The notes under the pieces: generated by a model
What the model saw: the letters and a program-made list of their open reading frames with translations, nothing else
What the model was told of the DNA's origin: nothing
The model's database searches: none
Program-made: the position numbers and the translations under genes
Assembly: GCA_045613105.1 (NCBI GenBank)
Contig: JAZLAI010000017.1
Span: 43,497 to 107,496 of the forward strand
Direction of reading: 5' to 3'
Origin: Bacteroidales bacterium
GTDB taxonomy: Bacteria; Bacteroidota; Bacteroidia; Bacteroidales; F082
DNA: 64,000 bases
Part shown: in pieces, positions 9,311 through 18,154 of the stretch
Position numbering within the stretch: the first letter of the stretch is position 1
How the letters are laid out: each line of letters begins with the position of its first letter

Positions 9311-10037
9311 CAATCGTAACCACTTCCGGTTCCGTCACCACCAATCTAAAGCCAACGCCATGCACTGTTAAGATTTTAACATTAGGGTCAGCTTTAAGAT
9401 ATTTACGAAGGCGGGCTATGAACACATCCATAGACCTTCCGATGAAATAGTCGTTGTTACCCCATATCATCTTCAAGACCTTCTTACGAGTCACGAGGTC
9501 GTTTTTATTATCGTATAGCACCTTAAGCAAAGCAGCCTCTTTCCTTGTCAATGGCTGTTCATGTCCATCCAAGACAAGAAGCATGTTTTTAGCATCAAAG
9601 ATAAAACGACCTATATTGATCTTGGACTCACCCAAGGTATATGAGAAAGGTGAGTTCTTCTCCACCCTTCTCAACACTGCTTTTATTCTCAACAGAAGTT
9701 CCTCATTGCTAAACGGTTTTGTCAGATAATCATCGACACCATATTCAAAATCATTCAACATGTTAAGGAACAATCCTTTTGACACCAGAAAAATTATCGG
9801 CATGTCAGGATTAAGCATCCTTATCTGAGCAGCAAGAGCAAATCCGTCCATACCGCTCATTTCGACATCAAGGATACATACATCAACGTCAAACTTCTTG
9901 AAAAGATCAAGACCTTCAACACTTTTACGAGTAGCATATACCTTATAATCAACAGCTTTAAGATTCTCACTTATATTATTTCGCAAGTCAACATCGTCTT
10001 CGACGAGCAAAATTGAAGTCTTATTAAGAGTTTTCAT
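9303..10037 (-). CDS. OmpR/PhoB-type response regulator (receiver plus winged-helix); no kinase adjacent
   Basis: ILLVEDDVDL, ILDVEMSGMDG, and the C-terminal trans_reg_C pattern LTRKEAALLKVL...VHGVGFRL. Confidence 0.85.
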   Translation of the reverse strand: MKTLNKTSILLVEDDVDLRNNISENLKAVDYKVYATRKSVEGLDLFKKFDVDVCILDVEMSGMDGFALAAQIRMLNPDMPIIFLVSKGLFLNMLNDFEYGVDDYLTKPFSNEELLLRIKAVLRRVEKNSPFSYTLGESKINIGRFIFDAKNMLLVLDGHEQPLTRKEAALLKVLYDNKNDLVTRKKVLKMIWGNNDYFIGRSMDVFIARLRKYLKADPNVKILTVHGVGFRLVVTEPEVVTIVN

Positions 10038-10103
10038 AATTTGTTGTTTTGTTGGTATAAACTAACAAAAGTTAAAATTGTTTAACGCATCCTTTAGTTT
10101 TTG

Positions 10104-11078
10104 TTATTTATTTCTTGTATATAAATAATCCGCGTAATCTCTCAGCGTTCTCTTTCTATCTTCTGGCAAGTCTATTTCTTCAAGATTCTTCAAAGAAGCC
10201 TCATAATATTTTGTCATAAGGTCAGCAACCACACCTTTGACGTTATATTTTTCGTAAATATCAAGAACAGTCTGCATCTTTCGTTCGTCGCGTCCTTTAG
10301 GCATCTTGAAAAGTTGATTCAAGGTATTTCTATCTTCTTCTGATGCAAGTTCCAAAGCCTTGAGATAGAGATATGTCTTTTTATTATCAGCGATATCGCC
10401 GCCAATCATCTTACCAAAAACACTGACATCGCCATAGCAATCGAAGATATCGTCTTGGAGTTGAAATGCCATACCTATATTAATACCGAAATCATAGACT
10501 GCCTTTTGGCTTTCTGCATCGGCCTTTGCCACTATAGCACCGATTTTCAAAACTGAAGCTAGAAGGACTGCTGTCTTCAAGCGAATCATCTCAAGATAAG
10601 CATCCAAGGTAACGTCATCCTGCGTTTCAAAATTCAGGTCAAACTGTTGACCTTCGCACACCTCCAAAGCCACTTTACACAATTCAGCGAAGACATCATA
10701 AGAATAATCTTTCTTTGTTGCCAACACATATTGGAATGCCTTGATCAACATTGTGTCGCCAGAGAGAAGTGCAATGTCGGAACTCCATTTATGATAAACA
10801 GTCTCCATACCTCTGCGCAAAGGAGCCTGATCCATAATATCGTCATGAACCAAGGTGAAGTTATGGAAAATCTCGGCAGCCACCGCTGGAACCATACAAT
10901 CGTCTATATCACCGCCAAACATATCGCAAGAAAGAAGACACAATGTAGGACGCATCCTCTTTCCACCCTGACGCATTATATATTCGATAGGCGCATAAAG
11001 CTCATGTGGATTACCATCGAAATTCTGATTGTCAATATAGTTATTTATTAACTCCTGTATTTTTTCAACTTTTAACAT
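10104..11078 (-). CDS. Polyprenyl diphosphate synthase (trans-isoprenyl diphosphate synthase family)
   Basis: 324 aa with both Asp-rich motifs: LVHDDIMD and QLQDDIFD. Confidence 0.85.
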   Translation of the reverse strand: MLKVEKIQELINNYIDNQNFDGNPHELYAPIEYIMRQGGKRMRPTLCLLSCDMFGGDIDDCMVPAVAAEIFHNFTLVHDDIMDQAPLRRGMETVYHKWSSDIALLSGDTMLIKAFQYVLATKKDYSYDVFAELCKVALEVCEGQQFDLNFETQDDVTLDAYLEMIRLKTAVLLASVLKIGAIVAKADAESQKAVYDFGINIGMAFQLQDDIFDCYGDVSVFGKMIGGDIADNKKTYLYLKALELASEEDRNTLNQLFKMPKGRDERKMQTVLDIYEKYNVKGVVADLMTKYYEASLKNLEEIDLPEDRKRTLRDYADYLYTRNK

Positions 11079-11208
11079 AAGATATTATTTTAATTTCATT
11101 AACTTGACAAAGATATTTTTTAGGATTCAAAAATACGATTTTTAACATAACAATTCATAAAAAAAATGGTGCGAAATTTGTAATATTTTTACAAAAAATT
11201 CATCAATA

Positions 11209-12261
11209 ATGAAAGCCCTGAAATCAATTATCATCTGCCTATCCATCTTATTATGTTACAATGTAGAAGCTCAAGAAACAGCAGTTTCCGAGTATGATCA
11301 GACAATAGATAAATTAATACCAAAAGCCAAGAAAAACAAGTTAAGCGAAAAGCAACTTCTTACTCTGACCAATTCATATCATCAAGCCAACCAGAACGAC
11401 CATCAAAGGATCATGGAACTGAAGAAATCTGGACAGCCAGACATCTGGATTGAAATATATTATAAGGCCAACAATATCAACAGCCGACAAAATAAAATAA
11501 CGACTTTACCTGACAACATCAAAACGTCAATGAATTTCAAGGCCTTAAACCTAGACTCCGAAATCACCAATTCAAGGGAAAAAGCCGAGCTATACATATA
11601 TGCCAAAACCATTCATCTGCTAAAAGACATTAACGAGGAAAACCTAAAAGAAGCCCAATGGCTTGTCGATCAGCTACGTAAAATAAATCCTCAAAGCAAC
11701 AACATTGAGGAACTAATGATAAAACTCGCTGTCCTACCTTCTAAACATATATACCTCGGATTGATATTGCCGCAACAAGATTCCGACTTTCCAAATGACT
11801 TCAAACAAACAGCATTAAACTTCGACAACAAGAACATTTACGGAATACCGTTCGACACATCTCATGACAATGACACCGATTACGACCTTTTTATTTTAGT
11901 CAATATAGACAAGAAAAGCATATCACCAGAACGTATTGATGCCGTCACTTTTGAAGAAAGGAATAATGGCAAGGTCGCAAAGATAACAGACAAAACCATG
12001 AGCAAAAGTGCCAATATAAGTGGCACAATAGCATTTATTGACGTCAAAAAAGAAGTCATTTTGATCAATACTCCTTTTGATATCGGTTCAACATTCGTAT
12101 ATCATTATGCAGAAATGAGTGGCGACAAGGAAGCATGTTCAGAACAGACACTACAACTATTAAAATCACAAACCATTGATTTTCCATCAGATAACACACT
12201 TTTAAAAGACACTGCAAGGAAGCTGAATCAGATCTTGAAAAATCATTATCAAAAAAATTAA
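11209..12261 (+). CDS. Hypothetical secreted protein
   Basis: 350 aa with a signal peptide (MKALKSIIICLSILLCYNVEAQ). No family recognised. Confidence 0.5.
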   Translation: MKALKSIIICLSILLCYNVEAQETAVSEYDQTIDKLIPKAKKNKLSEKQLLTLTNSYHQANQNDHQRIMELKKSGQPDIWIEIYYKANNINSRQNKITTLPDNIKTSMNFKALNLDSEITNSREKAELYIYAKTIHLLKDINEENLKEAQWLVDQLRKINPQSNNIEELMIKLAVLPSKHIYLGLILPQQDSDFPNDFKQTALNFDNKNIYGIPFDTSHDNDTDYDLFILVNIDKKSISPERIDAVTFEERNNGKVAKITDKTMSKSANISGTIAFIDVKKEVILINTPFDIGSTFVYHYAEMSGDKEACSEQTLQLLKSQTIDFPSDNTLLKDTARKLNQILKNHYQKN

Positions 12262-12301
12262 AAAAAATTAAAAAAATATTTGTCAGTTTAAAAAAAAGTT
12301 G

Positions 12302-12309
12302 TACCTTTG
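12302..12309 (+). promoter_or_regulatory. -7 box TACCTTTG with -33 TTTG (12279-12282) driving tRNA-Thr
   Basis: TAnnTTTG 27 nt upstream of the tRNA 5' end, with a 19-nt spacer to the TTTG. Confidence 0.55.
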
Positions 12310-12335
12310 CACTCGCAAAACAAAAGGTATTGCAC

Positions 12336-12407
12336 GCCGGCGTAGCTCAGCGGTAGAGCACGTGATTTGTAATCTCGGGGTCGGGGGTCCAAATCCCTCC
12401 GCCGGCT
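12336..12407 (+). tRNA. tRNA-Thr (anticodon TGT)
   Basis: Acceptor stem GCCGGCG/CGCCGGC, D arm GCTC-AGCGGTA-GAGC, anticodon loop TT-TGT-AA, T arm GGGGG-TCCAAAT-CCCTC. No encoded CCA. Confidence 0.85.
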
Positions 12408-12416
12408 CAAATGAAA

Positions 12417-12445
12417 AGCTTGTCTAGTCAGACAGGCTTTTTTTG
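12417..12445 (+). terminator. Intrinsic terminator after tRNA-Thr
   Basis: agcttgtct / agacaggct stem (one G-U pair) with a 4-nt loop, followed by TTTTTTT. Confidence 0.7.
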
Positions 12446-12485
12446 TTTAACAAGAATTACTTCAAGCACAATACAACTTAACGAC

Positions 12486-13664
12486 ATGGCATATCTCATC
12501 AATATCAAGCCACATTACCTTATACTTGACGGACTGCGCGGAGCCGCAGCACTTATGGTTCTATGGTATCACGTTTTTGAAGGTTTCGCTTTTGCTAGCG
12601 GAACAGCTATTGAAACCTTCAACCACGGCCATCTCGGAGTCGATTTCTTCTTCATGCTCTCAGGCTTCGTGATAAGCTATGCTTATGATGATAGATGGAA
12701 GTCACAAAGTCACAAAGCAAACTGCCTTAGCATAGGCGCTTTCTTCAAGCGTCGTCTGATAAGGTTGCAGCCTATGGTGGTGATGGGTGCTCTCATCGGT
12801 TTGATTACGTATCTCATCCAAGGAGGTGTGAGATGGGACGGCACTCAGATGTCTTTCCACTGGATAATGATAGCGTTTTTACTCGCCATATTCCTCATAC
12901 CAGCCTATCCTGGAGCTGCATACGACGTACGCGGCAATGGAGAGATGTATCCTCTCAACGGTCCTAGCTGGTCACTCTTCTTTGAATATATAGGTAATAT
13001 CTTATACGCTCTCTTTATCAGAAAATTATCTAATAAGAAACTCGCAGCTTTGGTCGTTGCAACAGGATTATTATGGATTGCTTTCGTAGTATTCGACATC
13101 TCCGGATACGATATGATTGGCATTGGTTGGACCTTAGACTCCGTCAATTTCTTCGGTGGTCTGCTGAGAATGATGTTCCCTTTCACTCTCGGAATGCTTA
13201 TGGCTCGTAATTTTAATGTCAAAAGTCAAAAGTCAAAAGTCGAAGGTTTTTGTTTTAAATCGTTCATAACGAAAAATATTTTCTGGATTGCGATAGTCGT
13301 GATGTTTGTTCTTTTCTCTATGCCTTATATTTCAAAGACAGGAGACATCAGCATCAACGGAATATATGAGCTGGCTTGTATTATATTTGTTTTTCCTTTC
13401 ATCGTTTGGTTTGGAGCATCGGGAAATATCACAAACAAACTCTCGACGAAGATATGCAAGTTCCTCGGAGACATCTCTTATCCTTTATATATTGTACATT
13501 ATCCAGTGATGTATCTTTTCTATTCATGGCTCATCGATAATAAGTTATACACACTCGGCGAGACGTGGCAAATTGTGGTGCTCGTCATGGCGACAAACAT
13601 CGCTTTGGCATACGCCTGCCTTAAACTTTACGATGAACCGATTAGAAAATTCTTCAATCGCTGA
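12486..13664 (+). CDS. Acyltransferase family 3 membrane protein (OafA/YrhL-like O-acyltransferase)
   Basis: LDGLRGAAALMVLWYHVFE..., ...GVDFFFMLSGFVISY..., about 10 TM segments. The ATG at 12486 is preferred because the track start at 12411 overlaps the tRNA terminator. Confidence 0.75.
   Translation: MAYLINIKPHYLILDGLRGAAALMVLWYHVFEGFAFASGTAIETFNHGHLGVDFFFMLSGFVISYAYDDRWKSQSHKANCLSIGAFFKRRLIRLQPMVVMGALIGLITYLIQGGVRWDGTQMSFHWIMIAFLLAIFLIPAYPGAAYDVRGNGEMYPLNGPSWSLFFEYIGNILYALFIRKLSNKKLAALVVATGLLWIAFVVFDISGYDMIGIGWTLDSVNFFGGLLRMMFPFTLGMLMARNFNVKSQKSKVEGFCFKSFITKNIFWIAIVVMFVLFSMPYISKTGDISINGIYELACIIFVFPFIVWFGASGNITNKLSTKICKFLGDISYPLYIVHYPVMYLFYSWLIDNKLYTLGETWQIVVLVMATNIALAYACLKLYDEPIRKFFNR
13214..13241. 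repeat. Perfect (AAAAGTC)x3 heptanucleotide tandem repeat (13221-13241) plus a degenerate flanking unit, inside the acyltransferase ORF
   Basis: taatgtc aaaagtc aaaagtc aaaagtc gaaggtt. Encodes NVKSQKSKVEG. Confidence 0.9.
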
Positions 13665-13687
13665 TACGCAGAGGCTTTTGAGGATAA

Positions 13688-13730
13688 ATAAAAAAGGCAA
13701 TGTCTCTCAAATGGACATTACCTTTTGTTT
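13688..13730. terminator. Bidirectional intrinsic terminator between convergent genes
   Basis: aaaaggcaatgtc / gacattacctttt stem (one mismatch), with an A-run upstream and a T-run downstream. Confidence 0.65.
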
Positions 13731-13750
13731 TATCTAAGGATCTTGTTACC

Positions 13751-16700
13751 TTAATAAATAACCACTTTCTGTGTATTTACTCCGTCTTCATTTATCAAAC
13801 GTACTATATAGGCGGTCTTGTTGAATTTGCTTAAATCAATTCTGTCATTGATATTTACCATGTCTTTTTTATAAACCACACGACCCATGACATCGATGAT
13901 CTGTAAAGAGCCTTCTGCTGTCACTACAAGCTCTTCACCAGATTGATATACAAATTGGCTGTCAGCTGTTGGCTGTTGGCTGTTGGTTAATATTAATACG
14001 AAACGACTGTGGTCACCATTATTTGTCGCTGCAAATTTATAATCGTCAAGAAGCAGATTCGTCTCTATTCCTGTAAAACGATCGAACAAGACAACACAAT
14101 CGAAATCACCTTCAAATTCAGCACTGATTGTATAGCGGCCCATTTTCTTTGACTCAAAGTTGACCGACACCTCTTCAGTATCCTTATTGCAATAATAAAC
14201 ACCGTAACGTTTTCCATCACAAGGAACATAAACGTTTGCAATGTTTTTATTGATATTAGTGATTTTAGGGAAGTCATTACAATCATCACCTGATAAATTT
14301 ATCACCACATTATCTTTGCCGTTATCATCAGAGACAATGACATTGATAAACTTAACTTCCTCATTTACAGTTTCACCTCTTTTTGTCAGATTTCCATTAT
14401 ACGACAAACTCGCGTCTTCAGAGAGCGCTTTCACAAAGAAACCATCACCAACCTTGATTGTTCCTGTTGACAAATAATCATAACCGCCATTTTCATTTAC
14501 AACAGCATAACCGCCTGCCAATCCGCTCGCGCTGACCTTACTCCAATCCATATCGAATGTGAATGGATTACCGAGAAGATGGAAGTTAGCCAGATCTTTA
14601 TAATCATCATATACAATATCAAATTCGCAAGACTTCTCATGTCTGACAATTCCCTTGAACGCTGCCACATCTTCACTTTCGAAAGATGCAAGATAACCTA
14701 TGCCTTGCAGAAACTCCGTCTCAAATTCACCATTCACATCAGCACCATCTTTATGATTCAGCCACTCCAAATCATTATTTCCCACATACCTATACAAGTC
14801 ATAATTGAAAGATGTAGGGACATAGCTTTCAATTTTAGCGTTTTTCATAGGAGACGATATAAACTGCCAGCCATTTATATTCTCATAGCTCCACTCGTCG
14901 GGAGCAATAATATTCATATTGAATGTCGCCGCAACATTATCATTATTCAGAAATACTTGTGCGCCATCGTTGATGATAAAAGCGTCAGCATCTGTATTTG
15001 TAAAATCACCAATAACTGTGAGTTTTGTACCGCTGTTAAGTGTCAATGATTTTCCTTCATTGATAGTCAATGAATTCACTTCAATATCATCGCTTGCTAT
15101 TGTAGCATTAGCATTGATGATTACAAGATTGTCGTTTCCTGTAGGAAGTTGTTTTGTGGCCCAGTTATCAGTATCTGACCAAAGACCGTCTTGGATGAAG
15201 ACATTGTAATTTTTGTAAATGTTTTCAGACCATTCAATTCTTGATTCCATGCTATTTTCTATAGCGATGCTTACTTCGTCAACGCCTGTACAATAACCAT
15301 ATCCTGCAACATTTACAAATGCGATATAGAATTGTTGTCCAACATAATCGCTCAAATCTACTTCTTGCTCTCTCCATTCTTGAACATCAGTTTTTTCGCT
15401 TGACCATAATTCAGTCCAACCGCTATTGTAAGAAGTTGTACTTATCATAACTTTCAGAGTGTTGATATCGTTTTCCCAAGCTGGAGTGATGTATCTAAAT
15501 GACAACTTCACATCCTTGCCATTATATTGGGTGTAGTCCATTGGACGTGTTACCAAATATGATAAATAAGATGAATTCTCATAGACAGATGCAATAAAAG
15601 CTGCTTTTCCTGAAAATGCTCCGTATGTCTTATAATCAGTGGTTATACGAGAATCTATTTTCCAACTATATTTATTATTACTACCTTCTCTATAAATGTA
15701 CCAATAATTATTATTTGTTTGATAATCACTTGTATAACTTGTCACCTCAAGATTTGTGAAGTCTTGTGTGTAAATTATTTCATTTTGTACATGCAAATTA
15801 GAAACGCCATATTGATAAATACCGTCTTCTAAAGAATTCCAGTTGTCGGTGTATGAAGTTCCACTTACGTTTGTAGCAACACTTGTTTCTGTACCAGCCA
15901 AATAATCTTTTCTATAAATGTTAGAGCCTTTGCTATCTGTTGCATTAGTCCAAGTGATGTTTCCGTTATTTGCTATAACATCTGTTGGTGATGGAGCTTC
16001 TGGATTGTCACCTGTTTGTACGCGTGTAACCAAAGATTGTTCAGATTCTAAATCACCGCGTTTTGATGTTATGGTATAAGCATATACTGTACCGTATTCT
16101 AAACCTGCATCTGTATATGAAGTTGATGTTGTATTATCGAGGTATGCTCCATCGCGATAAACATTGTAGCTTGTTGCATTGTTTGTAGCGTCCCAAGTCA
16201 AGTTGACATTAGTTCCGTTTGCTGTTGCATTAACTACAGGAGCTACGAATTCGTTAGAAACATTTACATCAATATTAAAAGTACGGCTGTAGCCTCCGTT
16301 TGTTGCTGTAACAGTGAAAGTGACAACATGGTTATCTTCTACTAATGGGTCGATGTTTACTACGAAAGTAGCTGATGCTGTTGCGCCAGCTGCCATTGCG
16401 CTATATGTCTTGCTGCCTTGAACGATAGTTGTATAATTGTCGTTTTCTGAGATTGTTACGCTTGTTGTTCCAGAAGTTGAAGAACTACCGTTGTTAATCA
16501 ATGTGAGTTCAAGATTAATGTTTGAACCAGCGTTTAAAGTGCTTGTGAAAGCGTAAGGGTTGATGACAACTGGGTCGTTGAAGTTAACTGCTTGAACAGC
16601 TGCGAGAGCGTCGATGAGACCTGCACCTGTGCTATTGCTTTTTGTAGCTGTGAGTTCTACTGCTGTGGTCTCAATGATTCTACATAAGTCAGCTGGGGTG

Positions 16701-18049
16701 AGTTCAGGGTTTTTCTCGAGCATAAGAGCCATAACACCAGCAACGCAAGGAGCGGCTTGTGAAGTACCAGACTTGCCCCAATAAGTATTGGTAGCATCAT
16801 GTCTGATTGAATATACGTTTTCACCTGGTGCTGCGATGTCAGGGCGGATAAGACCGATGCCGGGATTGTATGGATAGTCGTTATATCCTGATATGCTTTG
16901 CCATGTTACAGGACCTTTTGATGAACTTGGTGAAACTACGTTATATTCATTTACAGCGCCAACGCTGATAACGCTTGTCAAACCGCCTGCATTACCTTGT
17001 TGGTCAGGGTGAATCCATGGTGGAGGACAGTCGCCTGGAGTACGTACGTTGTCAGGTGCAGGGTTGGTGCTACTGTTACCGTCATTACCAGCTGCTACTG
17101 CTGCAGCGATACCAGTTTGTAATAAGCTTGTGAAAGTCTGACGGAACAATGCTCTGTTTTCATCTGGGTTTTCTCTACCTATAGAAAGACTTATGACGTC
17201 TGCACCTAAATCTGCTGCTATTTGAACACCTTCTACCAAGTTGGCTGCTGTACATCTGCCGCCACCGACTATTTTGATGGTCATGAGTTTTGCATCAGGA
17301 GCAACACCAGTCTTTTTGCCAGAAGTACCGTCGCCGCAAACAATGCCAGCACAGTGTGAACCGTGACCATTGCTGCCTTCATCTGAAGGTAATGAATTTG
17401 GTGAGTGTACGTTATATCCGTATTTTCCGTTTTCGTTCCATAAATGGTCTTTGATGTCGTCATGGTTGAGATTGGTACCAGAGTCGAGAACTGCAACTAC
17501 GACGTCTTTACCTGTATAACCTAATTCCCATACTTTGTCAGCTTTAATCTGTGTTAAATGAGGATAGATGTCTGATGTTGCTGCTACAGCGCGAGAGTCG
17601 GTTTCAGAAACCGTATTGCTGACAATATCCATGTCTGAATTGTATGTTATCAAAGCTACATCTGGATGTGATGCTAACTTGTAAATTACATCGGCTTTTG
17701 CCTTACAGTTGATGAAGTTGGCAATCCAGTATGATTTAATGTCGATGACACTATTGCTTCTTTCTTCAGCATTGATGACAGACATGACGTCTCTTTGTGA
17801 TTTCTCAGCGAATTTCTTCAATTCGTTGATGACGATTTCACGACGTACTTCCTTGCCGTCGCTTTTGCAATTCAAGACTGCGAAATCATCGCTCGTCATC
17901 TGTGACTTAAACATGATGTTGACGTCGATGTAATCGTCGCTTCTATGATTTAAAAGTGTTTGAAGTTCCGGTTCAATAATATTATTTTGGGAAAATCCCC
18001 AACATGATGCCATCAAACATAATAAAAGGATAAAAATATTTTTTCTCAT
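13751..18049 (-). CDS. Large secreted S8 (subtilisin-family) serine peptidase with propeptide, FN3-like repeats, a MAM/choice-of-anchor-J-like domain and a T9SS C-terminal domain
   Basis: 1432 aa. Catalytic motifs VAVLDSGT, HGSHCAG, SGTSQAAPCVAG. C-terminus ...LQIIDVMGRVVYKK...AYIVRLINEDGVNTQKVVIY. Confidence 0.88.
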   Translation of the reverse strand: MRKNIFILLLCLMASCWGFSQNNIIEPELQTLLNHRSDDYIDVNIMFKSQMTSDDFAVLNCKSDGKEVRREIVINELKKFAEKSQRDVMSVINAEERSNSVIDIKSYWIANFINCKAKADVIYKLASHPDVALITYNSDMDIVSNTVSETDSRAVAATSDIYPHLTQIKADKVWELGYTGKDVVVAVLDSGTNLNHDDIKDHLWNENGKYGYNVHSPNSLPSDEGSNGHGSHCAGIVCGDGTSGKKTGVAPDAKLMTIKIVGGGRCTAANLVEGVQIAADLGADVISLSIGRENPDENRALFRQTFTSLLQTGIAAAVAAGNDGNSSTNPAPDNVRTPGDCPPPWIHPDQQGNAGGLTSVISVGAVNEYNVVSPSSSKGPVTWQSISGYNDYPYNPGIGLIRPDIAAPGENVYSIRHDATNTYWGKSGTSQAAPCVAGVMALMLEKNPELTPADLCRIIETTAVELTATKSNSTGAGLIDALAAVQAVNFNDPVVINPYAFTSTLNAGSNINLELTLINNGSSSTSGTTSVTISENDNYTTIVQGSKTYSAMAAGATASATFVVNIDPLVEDNHVVTFTVTATNGGYSRTFNIDVNVSNEFVAPVVNATANGTNVNLTWDATNNATSYNVYRDGAYLDNTTSTSYTDAGLEYGTVYAYTITSKRGDLESEQSLVTRVQTGDNPEAPSPTDVIANNGNITWTNATDSKGSNIYRKDYLAGTETSVATNVSGTSYTDNWNSLEDGIYQYGVSNLHVQNEIIYTQDFTNLEVTSYTSDYQTNNNYWYIYREGSNNKYSWKIDSRITTDYKTYGAFSGKAAFIASVYENSSYLSYLVTRPMDYTQYNGKDVKLSFRYITPAWENDINTLKVMISTTSYNSGWTELWSSEKTDVQEWREQEVDLSDYVGQQFYIAFVNVAGYGYCTGVDEVSIAIENSMESRIEWSENIYKNYNVFIQDGLWSDTDNWATKQLPTGNDNLVIINANATIASDDIEVNSLTINEGKSLTLNSGTKLTVIGDFTNTDADAFIINDGAQVFLNNDNVAATFNMNIIAPDEWSYENINGWQFISSPMKNAKIESYVPTSFNYDLYRYVGNNDLEWLNHKDGADVNGEFETEFLQGIGYLASFESEDVAAFKGIVRHEKSCEFDIVYDDYKDLANFHLLGNPFTFDMDWSKVSASGLAGGYAVVNENGGYDYLSTGTIKVGDGFFVKALSEDASLSYNGNLTKRGETVNEEVKFINVIVSDDNGKDNVVINLSGDDCNDFPKITNINKNIANVYVPCDGKRYGVYYCNKDTEEVSVNFESKKMGRYTISAEFEGDFDCVVLFDRFTGIETNLLLDDYKFAATNNGDHSRFVLILTNSQQPTADSQFVYQSGEELVVTAEGSLQIIDVMGRVVYKKDMVNINDRIDLSKFNKTAYIVRLINEDGVNTQKVVIY
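13957..13986. repeat. Heptad array with perfect (GCTGTTG)x3 at 13965-13985, inside the S8 peptidase ORF
   Basis: ggctgtc agctgtt ggctgtt ggctgtt gg. Encodes TNSQQPTADSQ just upstream of the T9SS CTD. Confidence 0.9.
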
Positions 18050-18101
18050 ATAATTTAATAATACAAATGCATTAATCTATCTTTGTTTAAAAAAATCTTT
18101 A

Positions 18102-18109
18102 CAAAGATA
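18102..18109 (-). promoter_or_regulatory. -7 box TATCTTTG for the large S8 peptidase gene
   Basis: The minus strand reads TATCTTTG 53 nt upstream of the ATG at 18049. Confidence 0.45.
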
Positions 18110-18154
18110 ACAAAAATTACTCAATGTTTATAAAGCCGTAAAAACACCATCATA

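Noticed and set aside
12241-12280. A-rich direct repeat aaaaaaatta aaaaaaatta aaaaaata after the 11209-12261 gene
   Set aside because: Low-complexity A-tract upstream of the tRNA promoter. It is probably an UP-like AT-rich region rather than a discrete element.
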